This document shows, one piece after another, positions 49,083 to 61,565 of a stretch of 64,000 bases of DNA (its first letter is position 1; every line of letters begins with the position of its first letter). This stretch comes from Oikopleura dioica (Eukaryota > Animalia > Chordata). Under the pieces are notes generated by a model. The model did not search any database and had not been told where the DNA came from. It saw only the letters and a list, made by a program, of their open reading frames with translations. The stretch covers positions 7,812,001-7,876,000 of the forward strand of contig OU015568.1 in assembly GCA_907165135.1 (NCBI GenBank), written 5' to 3'. The position numbers and the translations under genes were made by a program.

Positions 49083-52000
49083 TCAGCTTGTCTGCCAGTG
49101 GTGACCGCACAGGGCGATTAGGACGGCAACAATAGCAAACGCAAATACCAGCAGCGCTGAAGGGGGAATTTAGTTTGTTTTTATGTTTTCGAGCTCACCG
49201 GTGATTGAATCTTCTTCAAAGATCTTTTTCATTGAAGGCGTCGACTTCTTCGTCTCCTTGACTTCTTTGACTTCCTTGAAGACGAGGCAGAAGGACTTCT
49301 CAGGCGAGCACTCTGCCCATTGACCATCACGTTGGGATTGAACCCGCACCGCGTAATTAATATTTGTGTCCAGATTCTCAATCTTGAGCTCTTGTTTTGT
49401 CGTCGTCAGCGATCTGAGTGTTTCATCCCCTCGGAGAAGCTCGACACGGTATTTCAAGTCTACCAAGTTGCTCTCCATCGTCCAAGAGATCGTAGCCGAG
49501 CGATTTTCTACATTCGTAGCTACCACAGGAGCGCGACGGATATTCGGAGGAGGACATCGGGGAGTTGTGACTTCGAAAATAGAGCTGAAAGGTCCATCTC
49601 CAGAGCTGTTGCTGGCAGAGACGCGGAACCGATAGCTCGTGCCTTCCGTCAACTTGGATATTTTGTTGTAGCTCTTTTCGCCCCTGTAGATCACCTTCCA
49701 CGAGCTAAAGAGAATATTATTATGATGGATTGGTGAAGGGCGTGAACTTACCCTTTTGAGTGACGTTGGAGCATGTATTTGTTGTTTGAATCTGTCCATT
49801 GGAGTTTGACAGAGGTGGGATGAACTTCGAGGAGAGTTAGGACAGGCGCTGTCGGAGGAAGAGGCTTCGTTTTTACATGTATCCAATCTAACATGACGCA
49901 AATTTGATGAATCTGATTGCGAATTGCATATTTACCTGACCACGGACTCGGACCCCTGTCGTTGACAGCTCTTATCCTGAATCGATAAGTTTCCTCGGGC
50001 ATGAGATCATCAATTTCGACTCTATCGTCATCCCCAGATACCACCGTTGAGCATCGCTCCTCGGAGGACATTTTGTATTCAACTGTGTATGATCTAAATG
50101 GGGGTTTGCCATTAGTAATTAATAAATACGACGTCGCTTACGTTATTTTGGAGCCCTGATCTTGCGGCTTGGGCCACTGCAGAAGCGCCCACTGACGAAC
50201 AATTGGGGTAGAAGTTGGCATCAGCGAAACAGAAAGCTTTGGAACGTGAGGAATTGATGCGTTTGTTTTTACAGAACATGGAGAGGAAAATCCTAGAATA
50301 AGGTAAATCGCGGATAATTGAATTTGCACTCACCAGATTGACCAACAGAATTTATAGCGGCAACTTTGAATACGAAATGAGTGTTAGCAGCGAGCCCGGT
50401 ACGCTCCAATTTGGTCGAGTTGACGTTCAATGACAGCGTCTTGCCTTCGCTTCTGATCTGGACATAATATCCTGAAAGATAATTTTAACATTGACTCTCT
50501 TTGACAGGATCTCTATTTACCTGTTATCGGAGAGCCATTGGCGACTGGCTCTCTCCACTCGATCGCGACTGCGTCCGATTGTACAGAGGTCACCGAGGGG
50601 CTTTCGGGAACTGAGGGAACATCCGCGAGGGTCTGGAATTCTGTCGAGTTCCATTCACTTTCCTCAGAGCCGGAATTCACCGTCCTCAAGTGGACCTTGT
50701 ACGTCCTTCCAGAGAGTAGGTTCTCCAGGGTTGCTTCTCTAGCGGATCGAAGACCATCTTTGAACTGTACACGATCATCAGAATCATCAGCTTCGACAGG
50801 GGCACTTTCTGTCTTGTGATCGTAATATCCAACTTCAGTGAGTCGAATTTCATAGCGAGAAACGCTTCCACCCGCCACGCACAGCCCGACCGACCAGCTC
50901 AAAGAGCAGGAATCCGTGCCAATATTGGTCACGTCGATCTTTTTCGGAGCTAGTGGTCTTCCGGGAGGCGTGTTGATCATTTCGGGGAGGGACCAGACCG
51001 AAGCCATGCCGTGTTGGTTTACGGCTTGGACGCGGTATTCAATTTTGGAGCCGGGAAGGAGATCTGTAAAGACATGGCTGGTTTCATTGCCTAGAAATCG
51101 ATGATTGAGTGGGGAAATGAAATGGTTTTACCTTTGTATTTCAACTCCCAAGCAGATTGATTCTGATTAGCATATCGCTGTTGAACTCGGAATTCAGTAA
51201 TAGAGCTGCCACCTGTTTCTTTAGGCGCCTTCCACTCCAGCGTAACATTATATAACGGGCGTGCGCGACTCTTCTCTAATAACACGGGCTTATCAAAAAG
51301 TTTAAGAGGGTAACTTACCTTCTGAGATGTTGGTATTCTTCTCGAGGCGCGTTCGGATCGGCCTGCTGGGCTGTGTGGGAGGGTCTTGTCCAGTGCTTTC
51401 GTCGCAAGGTTTACAGAAGTCGGATTGGCCGTCCTTTGTCAATCCTGCTACACGGAAACGGTATCTACGAATTCTTTAGCAGGTATTAGAGAGCTCCGTT
51501 GTACCTTGCAGCTTTTTTGAGCTCTCGAAAGGAGTAGTGAGTCTCTTGACCTTCGTAGGCAGTTTTGAAAGATTCATCGTCGTGGTATCTGTGTGTGATT
51601 TGCTTCATCTGCAGGATATACTTGGTCACACCCGCCATCGGCGACCAAGAAACGTCAATCGAGGTCGAAGAAGTTTTCTTTGCTAAATAGCCGTGTGAGT
51701 TTGAAAGAAGGAATGCGTGGGAATCTTACCTTTGAGATTGTCTGGTGCACTTGCTCGCGATCTTCGTGACTTTGGTTCGTAGTCTCCTTTTCCACGCTAA
51801 ACAGAATTCAATCCATGCTCAGTGGTTCTGTGTTTTACCTTGTGTGGTCGGTGAATGTCAGGTGACTTTTCTCTATTGTCAATATTGTTTTTGCTGATTG
51901 CTTCTGTTCTGAAGTTCTGCACTTGACTTGGGTCTCCTTCAATGTTCAGGTATCGGGCCTTGACACGGGATAGGTAGTTGTTTTCAGGAATGAGCTTGGC

Positions 52001-55000
52001 GACTTCGTACTCGAGCTTGAGGCCCTGATAGACCAGCTTCCAGGCATCGTCCTGGGCGCTCGTGGTGTTTCGAATTTCAAGAATATATGACAGGTTCTCT
52101 TCGTTTAAATCTGACTTTTCATCGGAGCGAACTTTGTTCCATTTGATAATCGCCCAGTTGTGCGAAAGCTTGACGATTCTTGGTGAATCGATTTTGGAAA
52201 GTGTGCTTTTTATGTTCTTCTTTTCTTCGTCTGTTTCTGCTCCTTTCGAAGGAGCGAGCGATTTGTTCATCTGTTCTTTGGCGGTGACTAGAAATTAGAG
52301 TTTGATAACGCAGATTAAATTAAAGACACCTTTATTCTGCTCGTTGATAGTGGCGATGTCATGGTTGTAAACGGGCTGGTAGGAATTGCCGTTGTGGACA
52401 TATGGAGGTGCAGCTTCGTGTGAAACATGCTGCATCGGCATCGCGTGCTGGATCTACAAGCGCATCAAAAATTTGATTCTCATCGTTAAATTATCTTTAT
52501 TTTAAATAAGAAAACTGAAGAATACACGATAGGAATAGAAATTCGCATAAGATATGCTTCATGCAAGGCATAATGCTCTCGCCCCTAAGAACTGGTCATC
52601 CGTCAAATCCGCTAATCGTATTGATTCTTGATGCGCATTCCTGATACTGCGGTCCGGGTAATACAGAATAGACCTTGATCATGTGTCCCGTGTTGGGATC
52701 CGTGTCCAGTCTCATGTATACTTGATAGCCGATGGGAGGTGCAATTGGAAGAGGCATACCCGGAGATACGGGCATAGAAATTCGAACGGGGCCTCGGTAC
52801 ATATTCTGTGTCCCGTCACAATTTGGCAGCGTAATTTCCATACCAGCGGTGACCTCAAGGTCCACAATTTCTTGAGTGTAGCCAAGGCCGCCGAACATGT
52901 GAGCAGGCTGGTACGCCGGAGCGGCAGCGGCGACCATCGTATCATGGAGTTCGAGTTCTTTTAGCGCTAGAAATATAATTTAACACATTTTTTCACAAGA
53001 ACAAATGATAAGTTGTTCGAAGAAGATTAATTTATTGAAAGTCATTTTCCCAAAAAAGTTATTCTGACGTCAGTGGCACTAATTAAAATGAGTGCGTTGT
53101 GTATTTCCCCTGGCATGTTTCCACTAACCTAGCAAATGTCTTATACGTTCTCGAAGAATTATTAACTTGTGACGGGTTTACAATTTCAGCATTTTGTGGA
53201 CACAGAAATCATCATTTTTTGGCGAAAAAATGATAGAAATCGAATGTTGCTACTAAAGTAAGCCGGCCTTTCGAAAGTAATCGATCTGTGCCTGAAGTGT
53301 GGGATCAAATTGTCGGCTTCTCTCCATTATCCGAGAGATATGGAGCGGGCTCCAATCGAGAGTAATTATTCTGAGCGGCACAGAAAATAGAACTTGATTT
53401 CAAGCCCGCCCGACGTTCCCTATTATTTGATTGCTCATTTTCTCTCTAATTAAGGGCCCCTGCCGGCTCAAGCATGATCAAGGCGCAATTTCACCCTCGT
53501 AAAGCCGGCAAACGACCTTGATCACGTAAAAATCAAATTTTTTGTCGAAAAAAACAAAAAGTCAGCATTATAAAATAGACCCGATTATATTGAAAAAAGT
53601 CCAAAGGTCACCGCTTAATTTAAAGCAAACAGATCAATCATCGGTCAAATTATACGGTAAGAGTTCAATAGACTTTGAGACTTTGAGTTTTGGCTTGACT
53701 TTACCCTTGGTTTTGCGTTTTTTCTTTCTTCCCCGCGTCATGTGAACTCTTATCATAAAAATCTTCTCTGAGGAAAAAAACTTTCTTTATCAATTTTGTT
53801 TATTGTCCGCTTTTATTAGAATTCCGATGCATTTAGTTGACGCTTCAGGTGAGTAGTGGGAGCAGGCGTTTTTTGAGGAGGGAAGAAGACTCTTGCCCCG
53901 AGGGTCTTGCCCCGCTAGTTGCGTCGGCAGCTACTGGACTAAAGGCGGCGGTAGGGAGCAGTAGAACGCGCTTCTGCCTAGAGAAGACGCATGACGCCAA
54001 TCCCTTTTTTGCGTCTTACTCTGTTAACCCGGGCAAATTCACTGTCACGCTTCCCCACTACAGTAGCCACAATAGCTCCTCCCTGGGGACGTCACACTTG
54101 CCAAGCATATTTACTAGATTCTCAACACTCTTAGACAAAAGAAATGCTAAACACCTGGACCTGCCTTTGAAATCAACGAAAAATTGACACTAACCCTGAT
54201 AATAGTAAAATATCGCCTGGTCATTGGTTAACATCTCTGGCGGCAACATATCTTCCTATATAAACACTCTTTATCGTGACATTCATTCGAAAAAACCCTT
54301 GGTAACTTGCCCTTAGGCCGTGTGCCTCGGTCATTTCACCACCCCACCGGCGGGACAGGAAAAACAAACAAAACTTCCCAACGCAATTTTACAAGGTTTG
54401 TGTCAAGGTTACTCACAATGTGGCGCTGGGGGATTGTTCTGGGGAGCACTGGAACTTTCTTGTACAGGAACTTTCACCAAGAGTTCAACAAACAGTAATT
54501 TATCGCTAAAATTTTATACTACAAATCGTATTTCTACTTTAAAGACTCCAAGTTCCAAGCGAAAACTTCACGAGAATCACGGTAGATTTGCGAAACTCTG
54601 GCTTGGACAGGCAACTGGGCAGGAGTGTGATTATGTGGAGGAAGTGGAGGAGGCGACATGTGATGAGAATAAGGCGGATGGTGGTGGTGATGGAGCAGAG
54701 GCGGTAATGGCGGCGATTGGACAGGAGTAGCTCCGTTTGAAGCTACGGTGGTCAGAGGCAGCTGAGGAACGTAGCCATTTGCATGGTAGGCTGCTGGGAC
54801 TGGCTCAAGGCCCGGCGGGTGAGAGAGGGTCTTTTTAATTCGATTCACGAAAAAGTTCGAACTCAAGGACTTTGGTAAGATAAAAATATAGTTGGTGAAT
54901 CGTTGCCTGAGCCGGAAGTGGCGTTGGATTAGCGGAACTTTCTTCACTTTCTTCCGTGACTTCATTCTCCGCCGAGTTTTCTTCATTCCGAGCATTTAGA

Positions 55001-55149
55001 GATTCTTCTTCAGTTTCACCATTCTTTTGAGCTGCCTCTCCATCGTTGTCGACATCATCTTCGACGAGTTGGAGTTTTTCTTTGACGGGGCCGACGGGAC
55101 TGATTTCGACTGGCTCGGCGTTGGGCTCGGCTTGTATTGACGCCGGCAT
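49083..55149 (-). CDS. FNDC3: Fibronectin type III domain-containing protein 3 (FNDC3A/B-like)
   Basis: Pro/His-rich N-terminus, YRGPVRISMPVSPGMPLPIAPPIGY, multiple FN3 repeats (YRFRIRAVNDRGPSPWS, YRFRVSASNSSGDGPFS), C-terminal TM LLVFAFAIVAVLIAL then stop at 49083. Confidence 0.88.
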
Positions 55150-57545
55150 CGACTGTGACTGGTCTCACCTCAAATCCGATTTCCGTTTCTGAAATAACAA
55201 ACGCGTTATGAAACTTTCGACAGTAAGTGTTACAGTCAGCTGGAGGTGGGTAAAAAACAGACAGAAATTCATTCATCGAGAATATCTTATTGAATTAGAC
55301 TTATTCTTCCTTCTTTCTACATACTGTTTTTGGCCGCCAGATACTGTAGTTATTTATTATTAAAAATATTGTCTGGCTAATGATTGCAGACTGGGGGCTG
55401 CCAGATAAAGCAGAAAATCGCTCTTGAAGAGCATCAATCAAAATGACGACAATTTTCGTTTTTCCTCTTTTCTCGAGCACATTTTCTGTTGTAGTCTGAC
55501 TATCAAAATAGACCCTAACGTCCCCCGAAGCGCTTTTTGTCTTTACGACATTTTCGGAAATTTCGAACTCTTCGCGTCTTTTCTCAATTAGTTTATCTCC
55601 TTCTCTAAGAGTTTTCTGTGTCTTTTTTATCTATTCTAATAATGAATAATTTGACTAAATTGAAATTATGCGATTTTTTTCGCTAAATTGATTGATTTAT
55701 TAATGGGTAGTGCTACTTTGACTGTGGGAGTGAAAATTTGCGATTTTAAATTTTAATCACGTAGAGGCGTAGTGTACCCAGCATTTGTCACTGCAACACG
55801 TAGTGTTAGGGCGTCCAATGAGAATGCGCCAAGCGCGCGGCGCGGCCAATCAGCGCGCGCGAGCCAGCGCTCATTCATTTTCCGCGCCACTTTCGAGAAT
55901 CTACGACGTGAGATCAACTCGATCTAACCACTTTGTTACTGATCTGGCCTAATTCTAAGCCCAGGTCAGTGCGAACTCACGGTCTTAGGCTTATGGCCAC
56001 GTCAGGTTAAATTCTAAACCGCTGTCTGATGACAAAGCAGTTTATTGATATTTAACTTTTTCTAGCGATGACATCCAATGAATCTATAAGAAGAAAAATT
56101 ATCAAATAACTTTATATTTTTATCTTTAATATTTCGATAGACTAAAGTTTTTTAAATATAAAGTTTTTTGATAATTATTCTTCTTTTGGACTGGAAGTGG
56201 ATGTTATCGCTAAAATAAGTTAAATACCGACGAGCTGTTATTATTCTGGTGTTCCGTAGCGAGGTAAACTGAATATTTCCTAGGACTCGCTTATCTATCC
56301 GAATTATTCTCTCTTTTGATGGTTCATATTTGCGAGTTGTCAATAAGGATCGTTCTCTCTAACTCCGAGTCTGAAAGCTTGAAGCTCGCCAGACTGCTGG
56401 TCGAAATTCCTCGCTAGCTAATCTAACAGTCGTCGATATTTTAGATAGTCAGACAACGCTCTGTCTCTTCTTCTAAGGTCAGCAAGATAAATTGTCAATC
56501 AATGGTAGAATTTTTTTCTTGGTCTCTTGAAAAAAGTGAAAAAATATCTCAAGAAGAAAAATATCTGGCGGGGCGATACTGAATGACTTTGTATATCTTA
56601 TCAATCTCCTGAGTCTCTCTCTCCCTCTCTTTCTGTTTTATTCTTGATTCTCTGTTTTGATAAATACCCAAGGCGTGCTCGAGTCCATGTGAAAGTTCCT
56701 CAACTCTCAAATTGAATCGACTCTCGGAATAAATAATTATTTGTCCAGGTAATCGCAGCAGCTCGATCAACTTATCTAAGAAAGAAGGCGTTTATTTACA
56801 CTCCAACGATCGTCTATAAAATGCGGAAACGTCAGCAATAAGCATAACGATGAAGCTAATAACCAACAATTTACGATTATTGCTAATAATTTATTTGTTA
56901 ATAACTTTTTGTAATAATTCATTTAACAAGTCGGTTAAAAATGCACCTTGGCAGATCGGCTTACTGTAATTGAGCGACTGTAAGCGCACCTGAACATGAC
57001 ATAGATCTCATTCTTGTCCCCCTCTCTCTTTTTGGCAAAGTGTTCATTAATCCGGCTGGTGTCGTCTTAAACTCTCAGGGTAAATCCCCTCGTTTTTATT
57101 AAATTGATCTTTTGGTCGGATCAAGCCGAAGAGTCTTCGCCTCATATTATTATTAGCGAAAGTCAAAATCAATTATCCAAAATTGCGCTTTCCTTCTTCA
57201 CCTTTCCGAAGAGCCTCGACGTCATAATGGCCGTTTTTTCAAGACTACTATTTAGACAATTTAATTGAAAACATCACGGGTGTCCAGTGTAACGTCATGA
57301 CTGCGAAATTATTCGAAGGATCATTTTTATTATAAGGGCATTTTGATCTTTAATAATTTATTAATAATAAATGAAGCAATTATAGTAAAATATTGACATG
57401 AAGATTTCGGATCATCGTGGAAAGGGGAAGAATTTCGACTCGTTTTTATGAAACTACAAATACCAAACAGTGACTCGTCCCTTAATCAAATATCCTTTCG
57501 CACGCGGAAGAAAAAATCGCGAATCCCTCATTTCAAAATCGCAAA

Positions 57546-59458
57546 ATGAGAGACTCAACATTAGAAGAAGAGGAAGAGGTCTTTGAGGAGCAGGAAGACC
57601 TCGTCGATCAACTGCCGAATTTCGGCGAGAAAGGTGAGCGGATTTCGATTTTTCTTGATGCTGACTTTGAAAGAAAAGGATGCTGCTGGACCTGGTCCTG
57701 GTGTATTGTGCCTATCATTAAACTGCTGCTGTGGATGTTTCAAAATTACTCGGCCGTATCAACCGCTGCTGGGTATTATGCTATGGCTTCGCATAATACA
57801 ACAATTGGTACTTTCTATCAGACAGGCACATCATTTTTAAATGATCAATTTTAGATGACGATGCTCTTAGGGAGGAGCTAAAACTACATTATGACAATGA
57901 GACAGGACCGGATTTTTATAAAAAATGCCAAATATACCATTTTTGATTTATCAACAATTCTAAACCCAAAAAAGGTTGTGCTGCTCAGAATGAATTCGGC
58001 CGTCAAGCGTCCCTTACTTTTGCTTCTTTGACACTCATCATCGTTCTCCTTCCAACGCTGTGGCTTTCAACCCTTTTCCTCCTTGACACGCGCAGGATGC
58101 TGAAAGGTCGAGTTGAGAAAGAGTTACTCCATCGATTTGATGAATAGACAGATATAATCTCGTTTCTTTCCCAACGCGCTCTAGACGTCGGCAAATTCAA
58201 TTTCGGAATGAAGATACTTTTCGGCGTGAGTCTCATCACGTGCACTGGCTATTTCGTCAAACATCTCATGCTCGTGATCTATGGGATCAAGGCCAGAAAA
58301 CTCGCCAAGAAAAAGAACGACATTTTTGACGATGAGGTGCAAAAATTCCTCTATTTGCACAGGCACTCGCAAAGCCACCTTGAACAGTTTAGACGAGTGG
58401 AAGCTGTCACTAAGCTTGTTCCACAGGTTTTGTTTGTTTCTTAGCACGTCTTCTACCAACATTAAGGCGATTCTGCAATTCTACGTCATTTGGTTCACAA
58501 TCGACACGGGCAACCGAGAACTAATGAAGCAGCTTGACTGCATGACAAAGACCTGGGTGCTCGTCGGCCTCTCTGTTCTCAAGTTTTCAGTCGACTCTGC
58601 GCAGAATGTCCGAGCTTTTCCAATCGACGAGGTCAAAGTTTTCGACAGAGGACAGGTCACGGAATTTCTCGACTACTACACGGACAAAAAAGTGCCCGGA
58701 AAAATGCCTATCGGACTCCTTTATTACGCTACTTCTATCACCTCCAGATGCATCCTTATCGCTATTACTGTATATTACTTACCAATTGGCATGCTCATCA
58801 TGTTGGGAGTGGTTCATTTGGCACTGGTGGCGCTTCCGTGTTTTGTCATTGGAAGCTACTGTAAGTCGTTTTTCGAAGAAGCGAGGAGGAAGCTCAAGGG
58901 GAAGAAGAGAAAGGTGCTCTGGAAACTATTCTACTATCTTGTGGTCGCTGTGCCTTCTGTCTATCTGATGTGGCTGTCGACTCTATTTACCTGGGTAGAT
59001 GTATATGGGGTCCCCGCAACGAAGCCTTGCATGATAAAAACTCACTCGAAGAAAAGAGAAAAGAGAAGGAACACATCGTACGCTAGTGTCTTGATCTACT
59101 ACTTTCTCGTTGTTTTCGGCGAGAACTTATTGCTAAGTGCATATTTTTACATCTTGCGCAAAGATTTGGTTTATTCCCAGCAAAATAGTATGCCATTTTC
59201 AAAAGCTCCGTTTTCATTTTTCTCTTAGAACTAACTTTCCATGAAGTAATGTGGACATTTGCTCTGCTCTGGATTCTCAAAGTGACTGGTTTTGTACTCG
59301 GCTGTTTGTATTATTTTTGTATTTGCAAAATTGACACTGAACACTGTAATCTCAACCAGGTAAAATTGACTAACCAAATTGGTACTCATCGTTGATTTCA
59401 GCCACCGATTGTTGAACGAGCCCTTCAGAAAATTAAGAGGATTGACAGTCGAATTTAA
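57546..59458 (+). CDS. XK-related (XKR) multi-pass membrane protein
   Basis: EAVTKLVPQ...LQFYVIW, SRCILIAI and YYFLVVFGENLLL resemble conserved XK segments; many TM helices. Confidence 0.65.
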
Positions 59459-59789
59459 TACGATAACTGCCTAACTGTGTTACTTCAAATAAATTGCAAA
59501 TGAGCGTTATATACGCTCCGTGTCTGATATTTAATAGTGTATGAATCATCGCCCAGAGCACTAAAGCAAAAATATTTGATTGACATAACCCACGCGCCTG
59601 ACACACAGGTCAACAGAGTCTATTGACGTCGTTCAAAGAGTTCGAGAATAATCTTCCACCTTCACCAAGCCAATAAACTGCATAAAGTCTCGAGACTGTC
59701 CGAAGAAATTGAACAAAAAACAATATCGATTATCGATACACTACCTATTGTCGTTTGAAAGGCCCAAGAATCAAGTTCAATAAAGAGCA

Positions 59790-60578
59790 ATGAAAACTTG
59801 TGAGAAAACGGAGAAATCAGAAATTCAACCAACACAATGGCTTCAGCAATTGATTCCAGATACGAAAATTCAGCAAAAAGATATCGGTAAATTTAACTCT
59901 TTGGAAAAAAATATTCAAAATTAATGTCAGACTCCTCGCTTGGAAAAACCAGAGTTTACTGGGCGAATCAAGAAAAGGACAAAATGCCGCTTGTGATGCT
60001 TCACGGTTGGGGAACTGGCTCTGGTTGTTTCTTTCGAAATGTTGCTCACGTGAATGCTCCTGTAATGCTTGTCGACTTGCCTGGATTTGGCCACTCGGAA
60101 AGAAAAGATTTTGGAACAGAGGACCCGTTGAAGATCGAAAGTCTCTGGTCTGAAGCGCTGACGGAAGTGATTCAAAAAGAAGTAAAAGAAGATTTCTGGC
60201 TGGCAGGGCATTCTTTCGGCGGTTATTTGTCGGCCAAATTGTGCATGGATGGAGTACTGAAACCGCAGGGCTTGATTCTTCTCGATCCTTGGGTACTTTT
60301 ACTCTTTAATTCTCAAATAACATCTTTCTAGGGATTCGCAGTAGACGACGGCGAGCTCCAGAAAAAGCTTGACTCTATGCCCTGGGCAAGAAGGACAGTG
60401 ATTAAAACTACGTTTGGTATTTTCAAGGCGCTCAAATGGGAAAGTGGTTTGGAAATGTTCCGGGCCTTCCCGAAGAGCATCGGAATGCCGCTTATGAGAA
60501 GAGCAAGGAATGATCTGAGGGCTGTTTACGGCGATGAATTCTTTGAGTACACGTATGAGATAAACAGCATGGGAAAGG
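59790..60578 (+). CDS. ABHD4/ABHD5-like alpha/beta hydrolase, interrupted by a retroelement
   Basis: LVMLHGWGTG, VDLPGFGHSER, LAGHSFGGY, LILLDPWGF; the frame stops at an intron into which the Penelope-like element inserted; downstream exons unresolved. Confidence 0.8.
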
Positions 60579-60644
60579 ATTGAAATTTTATTATCACCTT
60601 CATTGTTTAGTTTTCACAGTAGTTAATAATGAATCATGAGGATC

Positions 60645-60689
60645 GTTTTTCGAACGTTTTCGTTTATTTAAAACATCATCAGGAAAAAC
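60645..60689 (-). ncRNA. Minimal type I hammerhead ribozyme motif (pLTR copy A)
   Basis: Sense strand GUUUUUC-CUGAUGA-U-GUUU(UAAAU)AAAC-GAA-AACGUU-C-GAAAAAC. Confidence 0.75.
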
Positions 60690-60852
60690 TAGAAACTGTT
60701 ACGACAGAAAAAGAGATAGAAAACTAACTTGGTGTGTGAGAAAGCTGGACAGATAGCTAACTGAATCGAAAATTTCAGAGCAGAAAACAAGTGAAAAAGG
60801 AAAACAAGCGAAAGATAGTCGAGCGCCAAGGTGGCCCTAAAACAGTGCTCGA

Positions 60853-61565
60853 CTAAAAAGTTTTAAATTGTTTAAAATCAGATTGTTCGTTGAGTGAAGG
60901 TTTATGGAGTAAAATAAGAAATTGTTCCGTGTTTTTTTCGTTGACTCTCAAAAGTTAGATTGGTCTGGAGTACGTCAAAGAACTGAAGAGCAAAGTCATT
61001 TTTTGATAGTTTACGACGGATTTTTGGAAGGTTCTTGAAAGGTTTTGCAGGAGATAATATGTTTATAAATAGAAGAAGGAGCAGATTTGTTCTGATTATT
61101 TGAGCTCGTATGTTCACACCAGCGTATACCGGCACGTCTCATGGTTTGACCGATGTAACTAGCACGACAAGGACATTCAAATTTATAAATAAGATCGTTT
61201 AGCTCGTGTTTATCTACTGATCTTTTCCAAAATTTACCTAAAGCACGCTCCAAACGAATAGTCCTCCAAGAAATAGTGAGACGAAAAGACGGAGTAACTT
61301 TGCGAAAGAGTTTTTGAAGACTTAATCCGATTTTGTAGCACCGTTCACTAGTAAAATCAAGACACAAGTTGTATTTTCTAATAATTCCTTCTTCATCCCT
61401 ATGAAGCGGTTCAAAGTTTTTAGATTTAATCTCATTAATTTTACGCTTGATAATGGGCAAAGGATAGGAGTTTTTTAGGAAGCGTTGTGTCAATTGTTTG
61501 AGTGCGAGGTCTAAAGAATACGGACACGATGTACAGTTGAATCTTCTGTAAATTTCTCCTGTCAA
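60853..61565 (-). pseudogene. GIY-YIG endonuclease part of the Penelope ORF, frameshifted
   Basis: LIYKFECPCRASYIGQT...RWCEH; continues through apparent shifts near 61035 and 60935 to EQFLILLHKPSLNEQ...TF* (stop 60853-60855). Confidence 0.85.

Noticed and set aside
53830-54500. GC-richer stretch in a FNDC3 intron, considered as a solo LTR or ncRNA
   Set aside because: No TG..CA ends with TSD, PBS/PPT or convincing RNA motif found.
56150-56780. Short minus-strand ORFs, considered as a retroelement remnant or gene
   Set aside because: Frames do not join and no RT or other motif is present; insufficient support.
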